IMG/VR virus record: IMGVR_UViG_3300020172_001601
Location: 276,342 to 340,341 of that record
Length of the DNA stretch: 64,000 bases
Reading direction: 5' to 3' (one strand)
Both the position numbers and the translations under genes were made by a program. Positions within the stretch are counted from its first letter, which is position 1. Each line of letters begins with the position of its first letter. Under the pieces are notes generated by a model. The model was not told where the DNA came from, made no database searches, and saw only the letters and a program-made list of their open reading frames with translations. Shown piece after piece: positions 24,901-34,794 of this stretch.

Positions 24901-26000
24901 TAGTTGATCCTAACGAAATCACGGCGTCCACATTGAACGACTTGCCCTGATTGCAGCAACAATTGTTCATCAAAGACTTTGGTGCCGTCTACTTTGACGG
25001 CTCCATCTTTAAGTCTTTGTCGGGCAGCGGTTTTCGAGATATTGCAACAGGCAACTACGGCACTCAATAGCGAAGAGGCCGGTAGTGTAGGAATATCTGG
25101 AGGCAGTTCTTTGTTCTGCACGGTCTTGAGGAAGTGTTCCTGAGCCGCCTGAGCGACTTGTAGTGTGTGTAGTTGATTCACGATCTCGACGGCAAGAATC
25201 TTCTTCTTGTCCATCGGATGAATATCCTCGACTGTGAAATCTACAAATAAAGGGAACCATTCCTGCATGACGGCATCAGGAATAGACATGACCTTCCCAA
25301 ATACGTCATTAGGGTCTTCATCGAAGAAGATGCAGTTGTCCAGGCTCTTGCTCATCTTTCTGCCATCTGTGCCATTGATGATGGGCATCATGATGCAAGA
25401 CTGAGGTTTCTGTCCGTTGGCTTCTTGTAGATGCCGGGCGACTTGAAAGTTAAACAATTGATCCTGCCCGCCGATTTCGATTTCAGATCGGAGGGCAACA
25501 CTATCCCAGCCTTGGCAGATAGGGACCAAGAGTTCGTGCATACCAATAGATTGCTGATTGGCAATACGATCTTGGAAGGCGTTACGGCTGGTCATGTGCG
25601 AGAGTGTGAACTTTGCCACCTGTTTCATAAAGGTGGGAAGTGTCATCTGATTATGCAGCCAACCATTTTTACATATGGTCCATTTTCCTGGGGATTCTGG
25701 CCCGAAGTTATCGTTGCCAAGTATTTGCTTGATTTGCACGAAGATGGATTCGGCGTTGGCTTCAACATCATCTTCAGCCAATATTGGCCGGGTTGTATCA
25801 CGACCAGAAGGGTCGCCGAGTTGGGCTGTGAAAGTTCCCAATACGATTGTGAGTTGATGCCCTTCTTGCATCATCTTTTTGGCGAGACGTAGCGGCACAA
25901 GATGCCCCAAATGCAAACGGGGGAAGGTCGGGTCGATCCCAAACTTCACCCGTTTGCAAGGGGGCAAATCGGCATTTTCAGGAAATACTTGAAAAGCCAT
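24900..26000 (-). CDS. tyrS: tyrosyl-tRNA synthetase
   Basis: GIDPT..LHLGH, GDPSGR, QGWDS, GGQDQLFN, KMSKS, C-terminal S4-like domain. Confidence 0.95.
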   Translation of the reverse strand: MAFQVFPENADLPPCKRVKFGIDPTFPRLHLGHLVPLRLAKKMMQEGHQLTIVLGTFTAQLGDPSGRDTTRPILAEDDVEANAESIFVQIKQILGNDNFGPESPGKWTICKNGWLHNQMTLPTFMKQVAKFTLSHMTSRNAFQDRIANQQSIGMHELLVPICQGWDSVALRSEIEIGGQDQLFNFQVARHLQEANGQKPQSCIMMPIINGTDGRKMSKSLDNCIFFDEDPNDVFGKVMSIPDAVMQEWFPLFVDFTVEDIHPMDKKKILAVEIVNQLHTLQVAQAAQEHFLKTVQNKELPPDIPTLPASSLLSAVVACCNISKTAARQRLKDGAVKVDGTKVFDEQLLLQSGQVVQCGRRDFVRIN

Positions 26001-26009
26001 GACTATTGC

Positions 26010-26579
26010 TCACACTAAATCTTTCAGGGACAAACCCGCTGCTCTTGCCTTCTGAATGAAGGCAGTGACCTTCACAGCAAAGGCGTCATAGTGGGCCATC
26101 AGTTCTTCAGGGATCACGTCGAAAATATCATCGCAGGCATTCTCGGCATAATCGGCGATGACCCCATTGAGGGTAGCAACTTGACTCTTGGTCAAGTTAT
26201 GGTCTTTCATCAGTTTCGCTTCAAATCTATGACTGAAGAGATCATCTTCAGTCACTTCGCCGTCATAGGCAAAGATGTTGGTGTAGGTGTCATCTTGGCC
26301 CAGGTTTGGCCCTTCGGTATTGATGGTGAATCGAATTGGAAGCACCAATTCAAAGGTGGATTTCCGGGCCAGCTTCTTGCCTTCTTTTCCGAGAGCCAGG
26401 AATTCCTTCTTGAAGGAATCCAGTTCACCGGACGCTTTGAGGGCTTTGACAGCCGCCTTGGTTTCTTTTTCACCTTGTTCGATTGCCCTAGTTCTGGCCT
26501 CTACGACCAGTGCTTCGAGTTGCGCAGTAGACAATCCAGTGAGATCAACGCCACTTGCCACGGGTTTTGTTTTCGCCAT
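26010..26579 (-). CDS. hypothetical protein
   Basis: 189-aa ORF in an operon-like run. Confidence 0.8.
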   Translation of the reverse strand: MAKTKPVASGVDLTGLSTAQLEALVVEARTRAIEQGEKETKAAVKALKASGELDSFKKEFLALGKEGKKLARKSTFELVLPIRFTINTEGPNLGQDDTYTNIFAYDGEVTEDDLFSHRFEAKLMKDHNLTKSQVATLNGVIADYAENACDDIFDVIPEELMAHYDAFAVKVTAFIQKARAAGLSLKDLV

Positions 26580-26584
26580 TGGAC

Positions 26585-26977
26585 TTAGAGTTCCTTTTGG
26601 AATAGAGACACTTGCTTAGTCTTGACACGATCCATCCAGACCATCTGGACAGGATTCGCTTCAATAGTAAGCTCAACAACTACTTCGCCGACTTTGGTTT
26701 CAATTCCATTGACGGTTGCGAACAACCGCACATAGGAGTTGTCGGCGGCGAGTTCGAGTCGAAGCGGCTGGCCATCAGAAGTGGCCTTATCGCCCTCGAT
26801 GACCATTACCAGATTGCCATCTGGTTCAAACCCGTTGCCATCCGGGTCGGTAATTTCAACGACTTTCCATTTGCCCTGAATATCCGTGATGGAAGAAATC
26901 GTCCTCACAGTGGGTTTTTCAGGGGCGCAGCCAGATACGAGCAGGGCCAAAACAAGGCACGAAAAAGCCTTCCACAT
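26585..26977 (-). CDS. lipoprotein
   Basis: Lipobox LVSG-C; IQGKWKVV lipocalin-like motif. Confidence 0.8.
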   Translation of the reverse strand: MWKAFSCLVLALLVSGCAPEKPTVRTISSITDIQGKWKVVEITDPDGNGFEPDGNLVMVIEGDKATSDGQPLRLELAADNSYVRLFATVNGIETKVGEVVVELTIEANPVQMVWMDRVKTKQVSLFQKEL

Positions 26978-27044
26978 GATCTTTCTCCCGAATGAAGGAG
27001 ACAGAATATACCACAGGGACCGGCATTTTGTAAAGTCGATTTCG

Positions 27045-27305
27045 TCACTCTGGACTGCCGTAGTATGGATACGGACAGATTTTGGTTTCGTGATATAGAA
27101 TCAGTTTGTTCTTGGCTGAATTGAGAACATCGAGAACGAACGAATATGCCCGATGACTTTTTTCGTCCGTGCAATTATCGAGCAAAAATTTGATGCGATC
27201 ACAAACGAAATATATTTCAGCAATTTCTTTTATTCGACAAAAGCCTGAGTCTGTGGTTATTTCAATGCAACCTGTTTTGTATTCGACTTTCATATAGTTG
27301 CTCAA
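27045..27305 (-). CDS. hypothetical protein
   Basis: AT-rich ORF. Confidence 0.45.
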   Translation of the reverse strand: MSNYMKVEYKTGCIEITTDSGFCRIKEIAEIYFVCDRIKFLLDNCTDEKSHRAYSFVLDVLNSAKNKLILYHETKICPYPYYGSPE

Positions 27306-27337
27306 TCATTCCGAATGGGAAGGTCATATATAACAGC

Positions 27338-27949
27338 ATGTACGATGAGTTGCAAGGCTTTAAGAAGTTTCTGATTGAAAGTGAACTCGCTCCGGTAAGT
27401 CGGGATGCGGGCCATGCCGAACTTGCACGTCTGGAGCGAGGGCATTATTTCTTTGTTTTGCCCACCGATCATAAGCTCGCTGGATATTTCATGCAGGGAC
27501 ACCTGATGAAAGCCAGCTTCATGAATTCTACATCGGCAGACGAATCTGATATTGGAAAAGCAATTACAAAATTGACACCAGAAAAAGACACCCTATTGAT
27601 TGTCTGTTTCCCCAAACGATGGGAGAAGAAATTGGGACGTGGCAAAAACGTCAAAGAATTGTTTGCCAATATGTTTGGTTCGCATGGAAAATCTGCTCAA
27701 TATGTTTGGGGCATATATTCACATTGGAATCCACGGCTTGAAGATCATGACGAGGGACATTTCTTCCGTAATCCAAAATATCATGCCAGCGACAGCTTAT
27801 TGGACAAGTGGTTGGAAAAGCATCCAGCCGTTAAAGAGAAGCCCGCAGTGCCGTTAAATCGCCAACCAAGAGTAATGGGACACCATTTATTGGATCAAGG
27901 CCGTCCTTCATTTCACGGTTGGAAAGAACCGGAATTACCGAGCAGCTAG
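27338..27949 (+). CDS. hypothetical protein, possible internal head protein
   Basis: N-terminal FKKFLIE; ATATATA box 5 nt upstream. Confidence 0.75.
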   Translation: MYDELQGFKKFLIESELAPVSRDAGHAELARLERGHYFFVLPTDHKLAGYFMQGHLMKASFMNSTSADESDIGKAITKLTPEKDTLLIVCFPKRWEKKLGRGKNVKELFANMFGSHGKSAQYVWGIYSHWNPRLEDHDEGHFFRNPKYHASDSLLDKWLEKHPAVKEKPAVPLNRQPRVMGHHLLDQGRPSFHGWKEPELPSS

Positions 27950-28792
27950 GCTTCTCTTTGCTAATTCAGAAATGAAGTGTGCGCTTTCGGTCGGAGAGTT
28001 CTCAGCCAACACTTCAAATGGATCACCGAACGATACGAAGTCTGGTGCTGCATATTGGAACATTGTCTTATTGAAGACAGGCGGCAACCCATGCTCATAA
28101 TGAACAAATGGCGAATTGCTGCTATCCAGCATGGTCATAGTCAGAGTGTAGTCTCCTCTTAGCAATAGTTGTCCTACAAAATCTGATAGGTTCATAGCCC
28201 AGGCCAAAGTAGCTGTATGTTCCCATATTGGTTGTTTGTTTAGCAATTGTTGAAGTGCCAATTTCTCAGCTAACACAATAGCTCTATCGAAAAAGTCTTC
28301 TGGTATTTTGTTGAATACCATGATGGGTCCAAGTGGAATCCATGCCGTTTCATAGTCAGCCCTATTTTTGTTTGTTACTTCCCAAAATGGACCAACTGCT
28401 TCTTCTGCCGATTCCAGCGTGAAGAATGGCGATGGAGAGAATACAACTTCTGAAAATTCAGATTGTAGCTGGATGTCGAGTTTGTTTTTCAAAACAACAT
28501 CTGTTGGGATATAAGCAAAAGGCTGAGTGATCCACTTGCTATGGACGGCCCAGGCGAGGTCATAGAGAGCGTTAAGTCCTTTATAACCTCTGATCTTGCC
28601 TATGTTTTCGTGGCCTTGAATTCTTTGATGTGTAGCGATATTGCGCCAAAACAAAGGATGTGTTGGCGCATCAGACTCGGCTAGGCAAACCAGCAGGTCT
28701 TTTTCGCAATTATGATATTTGAAGCTCTCGATCAAGAGTTCAAGTTGCCATTGTTGATATGGCGTGTTTTCGGCGCTTACTAAGTAGTCCAT
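27935..28792 (-). CDS. glycosyltransferase-like protein
   Basis: N-terminal S.E...Y..WQ..L...S resembles peptidyl O-glycosyltransferases (GT95/GT96 type); late HYxHG...FNK. Confidence 0.5.
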   Translation of the reverse strand: MDYLVSAENTPYQQWQLELLIESFKYHNCEKDLLVCLAESDAPTHPLFWRNIATHQRIQGHENIGKIRGYKGLNALYDLAWAVHSKWITQPFAYIPTDVVLKNKLDIQLQSEFSEVVFSPSPFFTLESAEEAVGPFWEVTNKNRADYETAWIPLGPIMVFNKIPEDFFDRAIVLAEKLALQQLLNKQPIWEHTATLAWAMNLSDFVGQLLLRGDYTLTMTMLDSSNSPFVHYEHGLPPVFNKTMFQYAAPDFVSFGDPFEVLAENSPTESAHFISELAKRSLAAR

Positions 28793-28804
28793 ACTTTGAA
28801 AGAG

Positions 28805-29176
28805 TTATTTGTACCGAATTTTATTGCACTTGGTCGTTTCATTTACTGTCGTCAAGTAGCATTGTTCATAAACCCGATAAACTTCACTATAGGCAACGCC
28901 CCAGGAGGCGTCGTGAGATCGCTTCTCGAATTCATGCCAATCTAAAGAGTCATGCAAATGATTCCAGGCAATGGCGTGCGCCCATTCATGCAATAGCGTA
29001 TCAATAGCCGAAGACTCAGATATGTCTCGGTTAATACGAATGAAGAATCTCTTTTTGCCAAGACTGCAATCACCATCTAATCCAACCATCTTTACCCGGC
29101 GAACACTTACGGGAAAAGCAGCAGGGCATTTTTTCTTTAATATGCACACCAAATGTTTATAGGCTCGATAATCCAT
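28805..29176 (-). CDS. zincin-like metallopeptidase (SprT/ImmA-like)
   Basis: DTLLHEWAHA plus downstream SHDASW. Confidence 0.8.
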   Translation of the reverse strand: MDYRAYKHLVCILKKKCPAAFPVSVRRVKMVGLDGDCSLGKKRFFIRINRDISESSAIDTLLHEWAHAIAWNHLHDSLDWHEFEKRSHDASWGVAYSEVYRVYEQCYLTTVNETTKCNKIRYK

Positions 29177-29258
29177 TTTCGTCCCCCAATGCCAATGAAA
29201 AAACCCATGAGTAAGCCGGGCGGCTCGCTCATGGGTATATACTGGCAGGGAGGGCTAA

Positions 29259-29861
29259 TTAAATATCGTGTTTTTCACCAGTTAAAACGTCGTGAATAAC
29301 GATTCTCTCCAAATGAGTGAATTTAGCCTTCCAACGCTTCGCCAAGGTGAAAAATGCACTGGTATGTTCAGGCCGATCTTCCCAAATCTCCAGCACCGTA
29401 AGTCCTTCGTGCATAAGGTCTTCGGTGATAAAGTTCGACTTGATCTCCAGCGTATCCCTTCCTTTTTGACCGGGTTGCCCCCTGAAATAGTGGCCGTGGA
29501 AGATCAGGTCAAAATGTTCACAGATCGCAATAACTCGCTTGCGATTCTTGAACGGACGACCTGTCATAAGGACGAGTTCGGTTTCGTCGTCCTTAAAATC
29601 TTTCCGATATGCAGTGATGGTATCTGCAATCAGCCACTCTTCTCCTGGCTTTTCCGGGACGATAGGTGGCGACAGAGATTCCAATCGACCCCACCATCCA
29701 GGGAACGGCAGCGTATTCCCGGTAGCTTCCAGGTACGCAAGTTCCCCAGCTTCTCGGTCGGGAGAATTGAACAGGGTTCCGTCGAAGTCGTAAATAACCA
29801 ACCGCTTTTTACGGTTGCGGGGCTTCGGGAGCCATTTTTCGAGGGTTTGTTGCTTGCTCAT
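29259..29861 (-). CDS. HAD-family phosphatase, RNA-repair type
   Basis: YDFDGTLFNSP, WW, LMTGR, K, WEDR. Confidence 0.85.
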   Translation of the reverse strand: MSKQQTLEKWLPKPRNRKKRLVIYDFDGTLFNSPDREAGELAYLEATGNTLPFPGWWGRLESLSPPIVPEKPGEEWLIADTITAYRKDFKDDETELVLMTGRPFKNRKRVIAICEHFDLIFHGHYFRGQPGQKGRDTLEIKSNFITEDLMHEGLTVLEIWEDRPEHTSAFFTLAKRWKAKFTHLERIVIHDVLTGEKHDI

Positions 29862-29956
29862 GATATACCTTGCCTACAGATTTCAAGAATATATCTTACC
29901 ACAAAATATCCGGTCTGTAAAGCACAAAGGCCAGCTTTTGCTGGCCTTTGCTTTGA

Positions 29957-31573
29957 TTATTCGTCGTCTTCTGGTGATGGAGAACCTGAAGGAGCGGCGG
30001 GTTTGCCGCCACCACTCTTCAGCTTGTTCAGACTGTCCTTCCAACGCTGAGTTGAAAGATTTCGTTTGACGGAATCGAACTCGCTGCCTTGTGGCGCACG
30101 TCCCAGGAACTTCGTATATTCTGGGTTGACGGTTCTTTTGCCATCAGCACCCTGCGAATATGGTGTCAAATCTTTGTCGTCATGAGCTAAGAAGTTATCG
30201 ACTTCTGGACCGTGAGCTTTGGCCATCTGCATCCATTCACGAATCTTGCTCTTGGTCAAACCTGTGTGTGCAGATTTCATGTCATAGAAGTCTTTAGGGT
30301 CGAACTTGTTCTTGGCTCCCCACTGATACAGCTTAACCAAATAAGCAATATCTCCAGACTCTTGCTTGGACCAACCGCCACCAGTCAACATTTTCTTGAC
30401 ATCTTCTGGATCGTTATTGCGAAGAACCCAGGCCGGAGCCAACCAACGGTCGCCTCGGAAGTCTTCTGGCATTTGTTCTGGGTCAAAGTCAACACCTGGG
30501 AAAACACTATTGAGCAAACCAGTATTCTGGAATGCCTTCATGTATTTGCGAGGATCGCTATCTGGATGTTCCAGACCGCTAAGGAATTCCTTACGAACTG
30601 TGTCCTTATCGACGCCATTCATGTCTTTGTGACGGGAGATAGATGCTTGATACTTTTCAGGAATCTTGTCGGAATTGCCATATCGTGTGACCATCTTCAT
30701 ATATCGCAGAGCGGTAGATGGGTCTTCTGACATGCGGGATTCCAGGTCGTCGCCAACAGCCTTAACTTCACCATTCTTCAAATGGTGAGCGCCACCGTGC
30801 GGGTCGATCAAGTCGCTATTGTCACCGTCCGCAGTCGTCAGCGGGATGTATAGTGAGTTAATCGTAAAGTCACGATTGGCTGAATCTTCTTCCACGGATG
30901 CGGCTGATTCACCCTTGTCAGGCTGAACTCGGCGGCTCTTAGAAGACTTAGAAAGGGTGGCAATAGAGAATTGTTCGCCGTTGATTTCGGCGGTTACTTC
31001 CAATTCTTTGCCTTGTTTGTCCCAGCGAGAAGCGTAGAAAATCTTGTTCTTAGTGCCTGGAGATGGAAGTTTTGCATATCTCTCGTCGCTGGCGTAGTCT
31101 CCTTCACGGGGCTTCGTTTCGGAAAACTGCGTTTCTAGCTGAGTCAGAATCATACGCATTTCACTTGGCGTAGCATCTGTAACCAGATCGTAGTTACGAG
31201 GGGTCTTGCCCTTCAAATGGTCACGAACGGCACCACCTGTGAGGTACAATACCTTCTTTTTGAGGTTTGGCTCAACTTCACCCTTGGACTTATCAATCGT
31301 GGTGTAGCCTACTCCCACGTTCTGGGAGTCGGCAAATGCCTTGATAAGCACTCTAAGGTTAGGGTGCGTGGTTTTATTGATGGTAAACGGTGCGAATTCC
31401 TTGGAGCCTTCCTTCTTCTGCAATTTAATGCGTGAAGTGATGTTTCCGGCTCCTGGTTGACCGCTACTACCGCTACTACCGCTGCCACCATTTCCACCGC
31501 TGGCCTCGCCTTCACTTGGCTTGGCTCCGGTTTCTTCTCTTAACTGAAAGTAACTTGCGAATAACTTTTTCAT
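29957..31573 (-). CDS. class II tRNA nucleotidyltransferase / poly(A) polymerase-like protein
   Basis: YLTGGAVRD, YDLVTDATP, RDFTINS, EDP...LR. Confidence 0.88.
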   Translation of the reverse strand: MKKLFASYFQLREETGAKPSEGEASGGNGGSGSSGSSGQPGAGNITSRIKLQKKEGSKEFAPFTINKTTHPNLRVLIKAFADSQNVGVGYTTIDKSKGEVEPNLKKKVLYLTGGAVRDHLKGKTPRNYDLVTDATPSEMRMILTQLETQFSETKPREGDYASDERYAKLPSPGTKNKIFYASRWDKQGKELEVTAEINGEQFSIATLSKSSKSRRVQPDKGESAASVEEDSANRDFTINSLYIPLTTADGDNSDLIDPHGGAHHLKNGEVKAVGDDLESRMSEDPSTALRYMKMVTRYGNSDKIPEKYQASISRHKDMNGVDKDTVRKEFLSGLEHPDSDPRKYMKAFQNTGLLNSVFPGVDFDPEQMPEDFRGDRWLAPAWVLRNNDPEDVKKMLTGGGWSKQESGDIAYLVKLYQWGAKNKFDPKDFYDMKSAHTGLTKSKIREWMQMAKAHGPEVDNFLAHDDKDLTPYSQGADGKRTVNPEYTKFLGRAPQGSEFDSVKRNLSTQRWKDSLNKLKSGGGKPAAPSGSPSPEDDE

Positions 31574-31648
31574 GTATCCTTCCCGGCTGATAATGAGACG
31601 ACTGGTTTATTTACTCTTGTGGAGTGATATTTTTGCGTTTTATCAGAG

Positions 31649-32146
31649 TTAGTTTGGTGGTGCTTGTAATCCCAACTTGTAAAGAATGTAGCCCGCAATA
31701 CACATAAGGGCTACTTTCCATACGGCATCGAATATTTGAGTCCACCTGTGATCGTGATGCCCGATCCTCATTTGAATGGTTTCGGCCTTGACTTCAAGGT
31801 TGTGGACTTTGGTTCTTAGTTCAATCAACTCTTTTTGAGGATCGTCGCTAACAATAATAGCAACCTTCTCACTAAGAGAGTGTAGGCTTTCCTGAACGCC
31901 ATTGAAGTCTTTTGACTCTACAGCAGACAATCGAGTAAGGGTGCTATGTTGTAGTTCCAAAAGTTTTTCAATTTGTACATCAAGTTCTTTTTGTCGTTCA
32001 ATTAGCATTTTGACCCGTTCATCAATCCTTGACGTTAATTCAAAGAGCATTTGGATTGATTCGGAGACTTGTCCAAAGAACTGTTCTGTCAGGGCAGCGT
32101 CTTTAACAGTCTTAGATGTTGGCGGCATATTTTTCCATTTCTCCAT
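31649..32146 (-). CDS. coiled-coil protein with C-terminal TM segment
   Basis: Heptads then hydrophobic VWKVALMCIAGYILYKL. Confidence 0.75.
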   Translation of the reverse strand: MEKWKNMPPTSKTVKDAALTEQFFGQVSESIQMLFELTSRIDERVKMLIERQKELDVQIEKLLELQHSTLTRLSAVESKDFNGVQESLHSLSEKVAIIVSDDPQKELIELRTKVHNLEVKAETIQMRIGHHDHRWTQIFDAVWKVALMCIAGYILYKLGLQAPPN

Positions 32147-32169
32147 TTCCTGCCCTATATATTTACGCT

Positions 32170-32718
32170 ATGACGAATAAACCCAAAGTCGAAGAAAAAC
32201 AGGAACCAGCAGTCACTCTGGAAGAAATCCCAGAGCAAACTGACGATAATTCTTTATGCGAACAAACCGATGAATTCTCTGAAGATGATCTCGATTTGCC
32301 ACAAATGAATGTCACCATGCCTGCCCAACAGGGGTCCGACGCCTCAGCCTTAATTACCGACTCTCAGTATCTAGGAGTGTTGGATGAAATCATGAACAAT
32401 ATCCGGGAAGACCGGAAACAAGTTAGTGATTACATTGACAACATAGCCGATATGGTCATCAATGATGGTGATGCGACGACTTCCAGCAAGGAAGCCTTGG
32501 TCAATTTTGTAAAAATCAAAACTGACCTTCAGGACAAGATGCTAAAAGCTGCGGATTTGATGACAAGGTTGAAGCTAAAGAATACATATGCGTATTCTGG
32601 TCCCCACTTAAATGCTATGCAGCAAAACAATTTCAATATTGGTGGCGGGGATTCGACGGATTTCAGCCGTAAGGAACTGATCCGAGCTATCAATCATGCA
32701 AAGAAGAAAAAGGATTAA
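32170..32718 (+). CDS. hypothetical protein, possibly terminase small subunit-like
   Basis: Helical core and C-terminal QQNNFNIG...S.KELI reminiscent of T4-type gp16; weak. Confidence 0.45.
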   Translation: MTNKPKVEEKQEPAVTLEEIPEQTDDNSLCEQTDEFSEDDLDLPQMNVTMPAQQGSDASALITDSQYLGVLDEIMNNIREDRKQVSDYIDNIADMVINDGDATTSSKEALVNFVKIKTDLQDKMLKAADLMTRLKLKNTYAYSGPHLNAMQQNNFNIGGGDSTDFSRKELIRAINHAKKKKD

Positions 32719-32721
32719 ACA

Positions 32722-34026
32722 ATGTCAAACCATGCACTAGAAGAATGGCTGATCGAAGATGCCGGAAATGTTGCTGGCGGTCCTCCAATGGCTGGCGGTG
32801 GCCCTCTTGGTGGAAACCCTGGTGCCGCTCCGGGAGCAGGTGCGCCTAATGATCCCAATGTTGCCAACCCAGCACCGCCAGACAGCGATCCTGAGCCACA
32901 GCAGCAGCAAAACTCAATGCCGGACATCACTCACGATCCCGCTACTCCAGATATGCCTGAGCAGATGGACGAGCAAGACTTCGAGCAATGGAAGGACTCA
33001 TTCTTCAAAGAAACAGTCAAAGGCGATGTCAACAAATTGGTAGACATGATTAGTCAAGTCCGTGATTTAGACTTGGATGCCTATCCCCGCAAATTCGTAG
33101 AAGACAATCTTCAAGTATGCTTTTTGCGACAGCACGCCAATGTGGATAAGGCGTCCAAAGAAATCAGGAAGTTGGTAAAAGACGATCTCGATCAGAACAA
33201 TCCTTCTGTATCTTTGGTTAACCACATTATCAACACACTAGGAGCCATGCCTGAACTCAATAACGTCTTCATTAAGCTGAAGGGCTTATTGGGCATGAAG
33301 GGCGATCTCCACCGCAAGTTCATTACTGGCATCATTGGCGGCGTTCAGGTTGGAACAGGCGGCAATAACGAAGATGTGGTCTACAACGAAAAGGACTACT
33401 CGATTCGTTTGTCCACTCGATATAACGACAAGTGGGGCAAAGTCGATATTGGCAAGTGGAGTCTGCGAGAAGACGATCCAGAGCGATACCTGACTGAGCC
33501 GGAACAACGACGTTTGGAAGAAGGCAGTCCAGAAGAAAAGGATGTACTTCGTCGTCGAGTGGTATTGGAAAGTATTGCCGAAACATTCAAGAAACGTGGC
33601 TTCTTGGTTAATGTTGTTGGACAAGACGGAACCATTTATACACTTGGATGGGATTTGGCTGGCAGTTTGAAGGGTGCTTATACAGACGGCAAGTTGGTTG
33701 TCCGCACCATTCAAAGCGACAATAGCGAGGCCATGATTGACGATCAGGGTGCCATCATTCCTTATGTGGACATCAAGATCAAGTATGTCAAAGAAGCTGG
33801 CGGTGTTGATGACCAAGGCAAACCAGCCAAAGAAGAACACGATTTCATGGAACGCATTGATGGGATGCTGTTTTTGACGGCTCAGTTCAATATTATCCGT
33901 GAGGCATCAACTTCATTCCCTGGCATCGTATTGAAAGAAACACCATACACAGGCAATCCTAGCGACCTGAGAGTTCTTCAGCGTTGCGTGCCGAATGCCC
34001 CTGAAATTCTAATGAGGCAATGCTAA
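32722..34026 (+). CDS. hypothetical (probably virion-associated) protein
   Basis: 434 aa, Gly/Pro-rich N-terminal linker. Confidence 0.85.
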   Translation: MSNHALEEWLIEDAGNVAGGPPMAGGGPLGGNPGAAPGAGAPNDPNVANPAPPDSDPEPQQQQNSMPDITHDPATPDMPEQMDEQDFEQWKDSFFKETVKGDVNKLVDMISQVRDLDLDAYPRKFVEDNLQVCFLRQHANVDKASKEIRKLVKDDLDQNNPSVSLVNHIINTLGAMPELNNVFIKLKGLLGMKGDLHRKFITGIIGGVQVGTGGNNEDVVYNEKDYSIRLSTRYNDKWGKVDIGKWSLREDDPERYLTEPEQRRLEEGSPEEKDVLRRRVVLESIAETFKKRGFLVNVVGQDGTIYTLGWDLAGSLKGAYTDGKLVVRTIQSDNSEAMIDDQGAIIPYVDIKIKYVKEAGGVDDQGKPAKEEHDFMERIDGMLFLTAQFNIIREASTSFPGIVLKETPYTGNPSDLRVLQRCVPNAPEILMRQC

Positions 34027-34508
34027 TGGCTATTCAATTTCTTGAATTCGTTGACCGTAAGCAGCGTGAGGGCAAAAAGCATCTCAAGTTGATCGAGCGT
34101 CTTCTGCGTAAGGGCGGGATGCAAGTCTATGCTCACCTAGAAGACGAAGAACAGCCCTATGTCTTTGTCAAGGCTCCTAATGAGAAGTTGAGCTTTGATG
34201 GAATTCGTGTTTACGAAATTGGCGAAATGATTGCCTATCGTATTCAGAAGGAAGAGAAGACCCACCCGTTTGGTAAGGCTTATATGTTAGACATTGAAGA
34301 TATGTTTAACGATTTCATGTCTGAGAACATGGAAGAGGAAGAAGCAGGACAGAAAGTCATTGAAAGCGTGGTTGAAGAACTGAAGAAGTTCTTTACCAAG
34401 AGTGGTAAGGCAGAGCAAGAGATGCGAGATAGCGGGGCAGATGGCAGTGGTTTGATTATCAAGACAGGCGGCAACGATTATGCAAGCTCAGTCTTAAACC
34501 GTGCCTAA
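34026..34508 (+). CDS. hypothetical protein
   Basis: TAATG overlap with the upstream gene. Confidence 0.85.
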   Translation: MAIQFLEFVDRKQREGKKHLKLIERLLRKGGMQVYAHLEDEEQPYVFVKAPNEKLSFDGIRVYEIGEMIAYRIQKEEKTHPFGKAYMLDIEDMFNDFMSENMEEEEAGQKVIESVVEELKKFFTKSGKAEQEMRDSGADGSGLIIKTGGNDYASSVLNRA

Positions 34509-34549
34509 TTTGCATATATAAGGTGTCTCTTTACCACATGGAGGTTTCA

Positions 34550-34756
34550 ATGGACGACAATAACGAAGTACAGAAACAAGACGTGCAAATTGATGAGACG
34601 AGCCTCATCGCTCTCATCCTAGCTTTCTTTCTGCCACCTTTGGGTGTAGCGTTGAAGGATGGGCTGGGCAGTAGCTTTATCATCAACTGCCTGTTGACCC
34701 TGCTAGGGTTTTTCCCAGGCATCATTCACGCTCTGTTCGTGATCTTGAGAAAGTAA
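34550..34756 (+). CDS. YqaE/Pmp3 family small membrane protein
   Basis: LAFFLPPLGV...INCLLTLLGFFPGIIHA. Confidence 0.92.
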   Translation: MDDNNEVQKQDVQIDETSLIALILAFFLPPLGVALKDGLGSSFIINCLLTLLGFFPGIIHALFVILRK

Positions 34757-34760
34757 ACGA

Positions 34761-34794
34761 GAAGGCCCCGGAGAAATCCGGGGCCTTTTTTATT
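34761..34794. terminator. terminator between convergent genes
   Basis: AAGGCCCCGG-AGAAAT-CCGGGGCCTT plus T tract. Confidence 0.85.
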
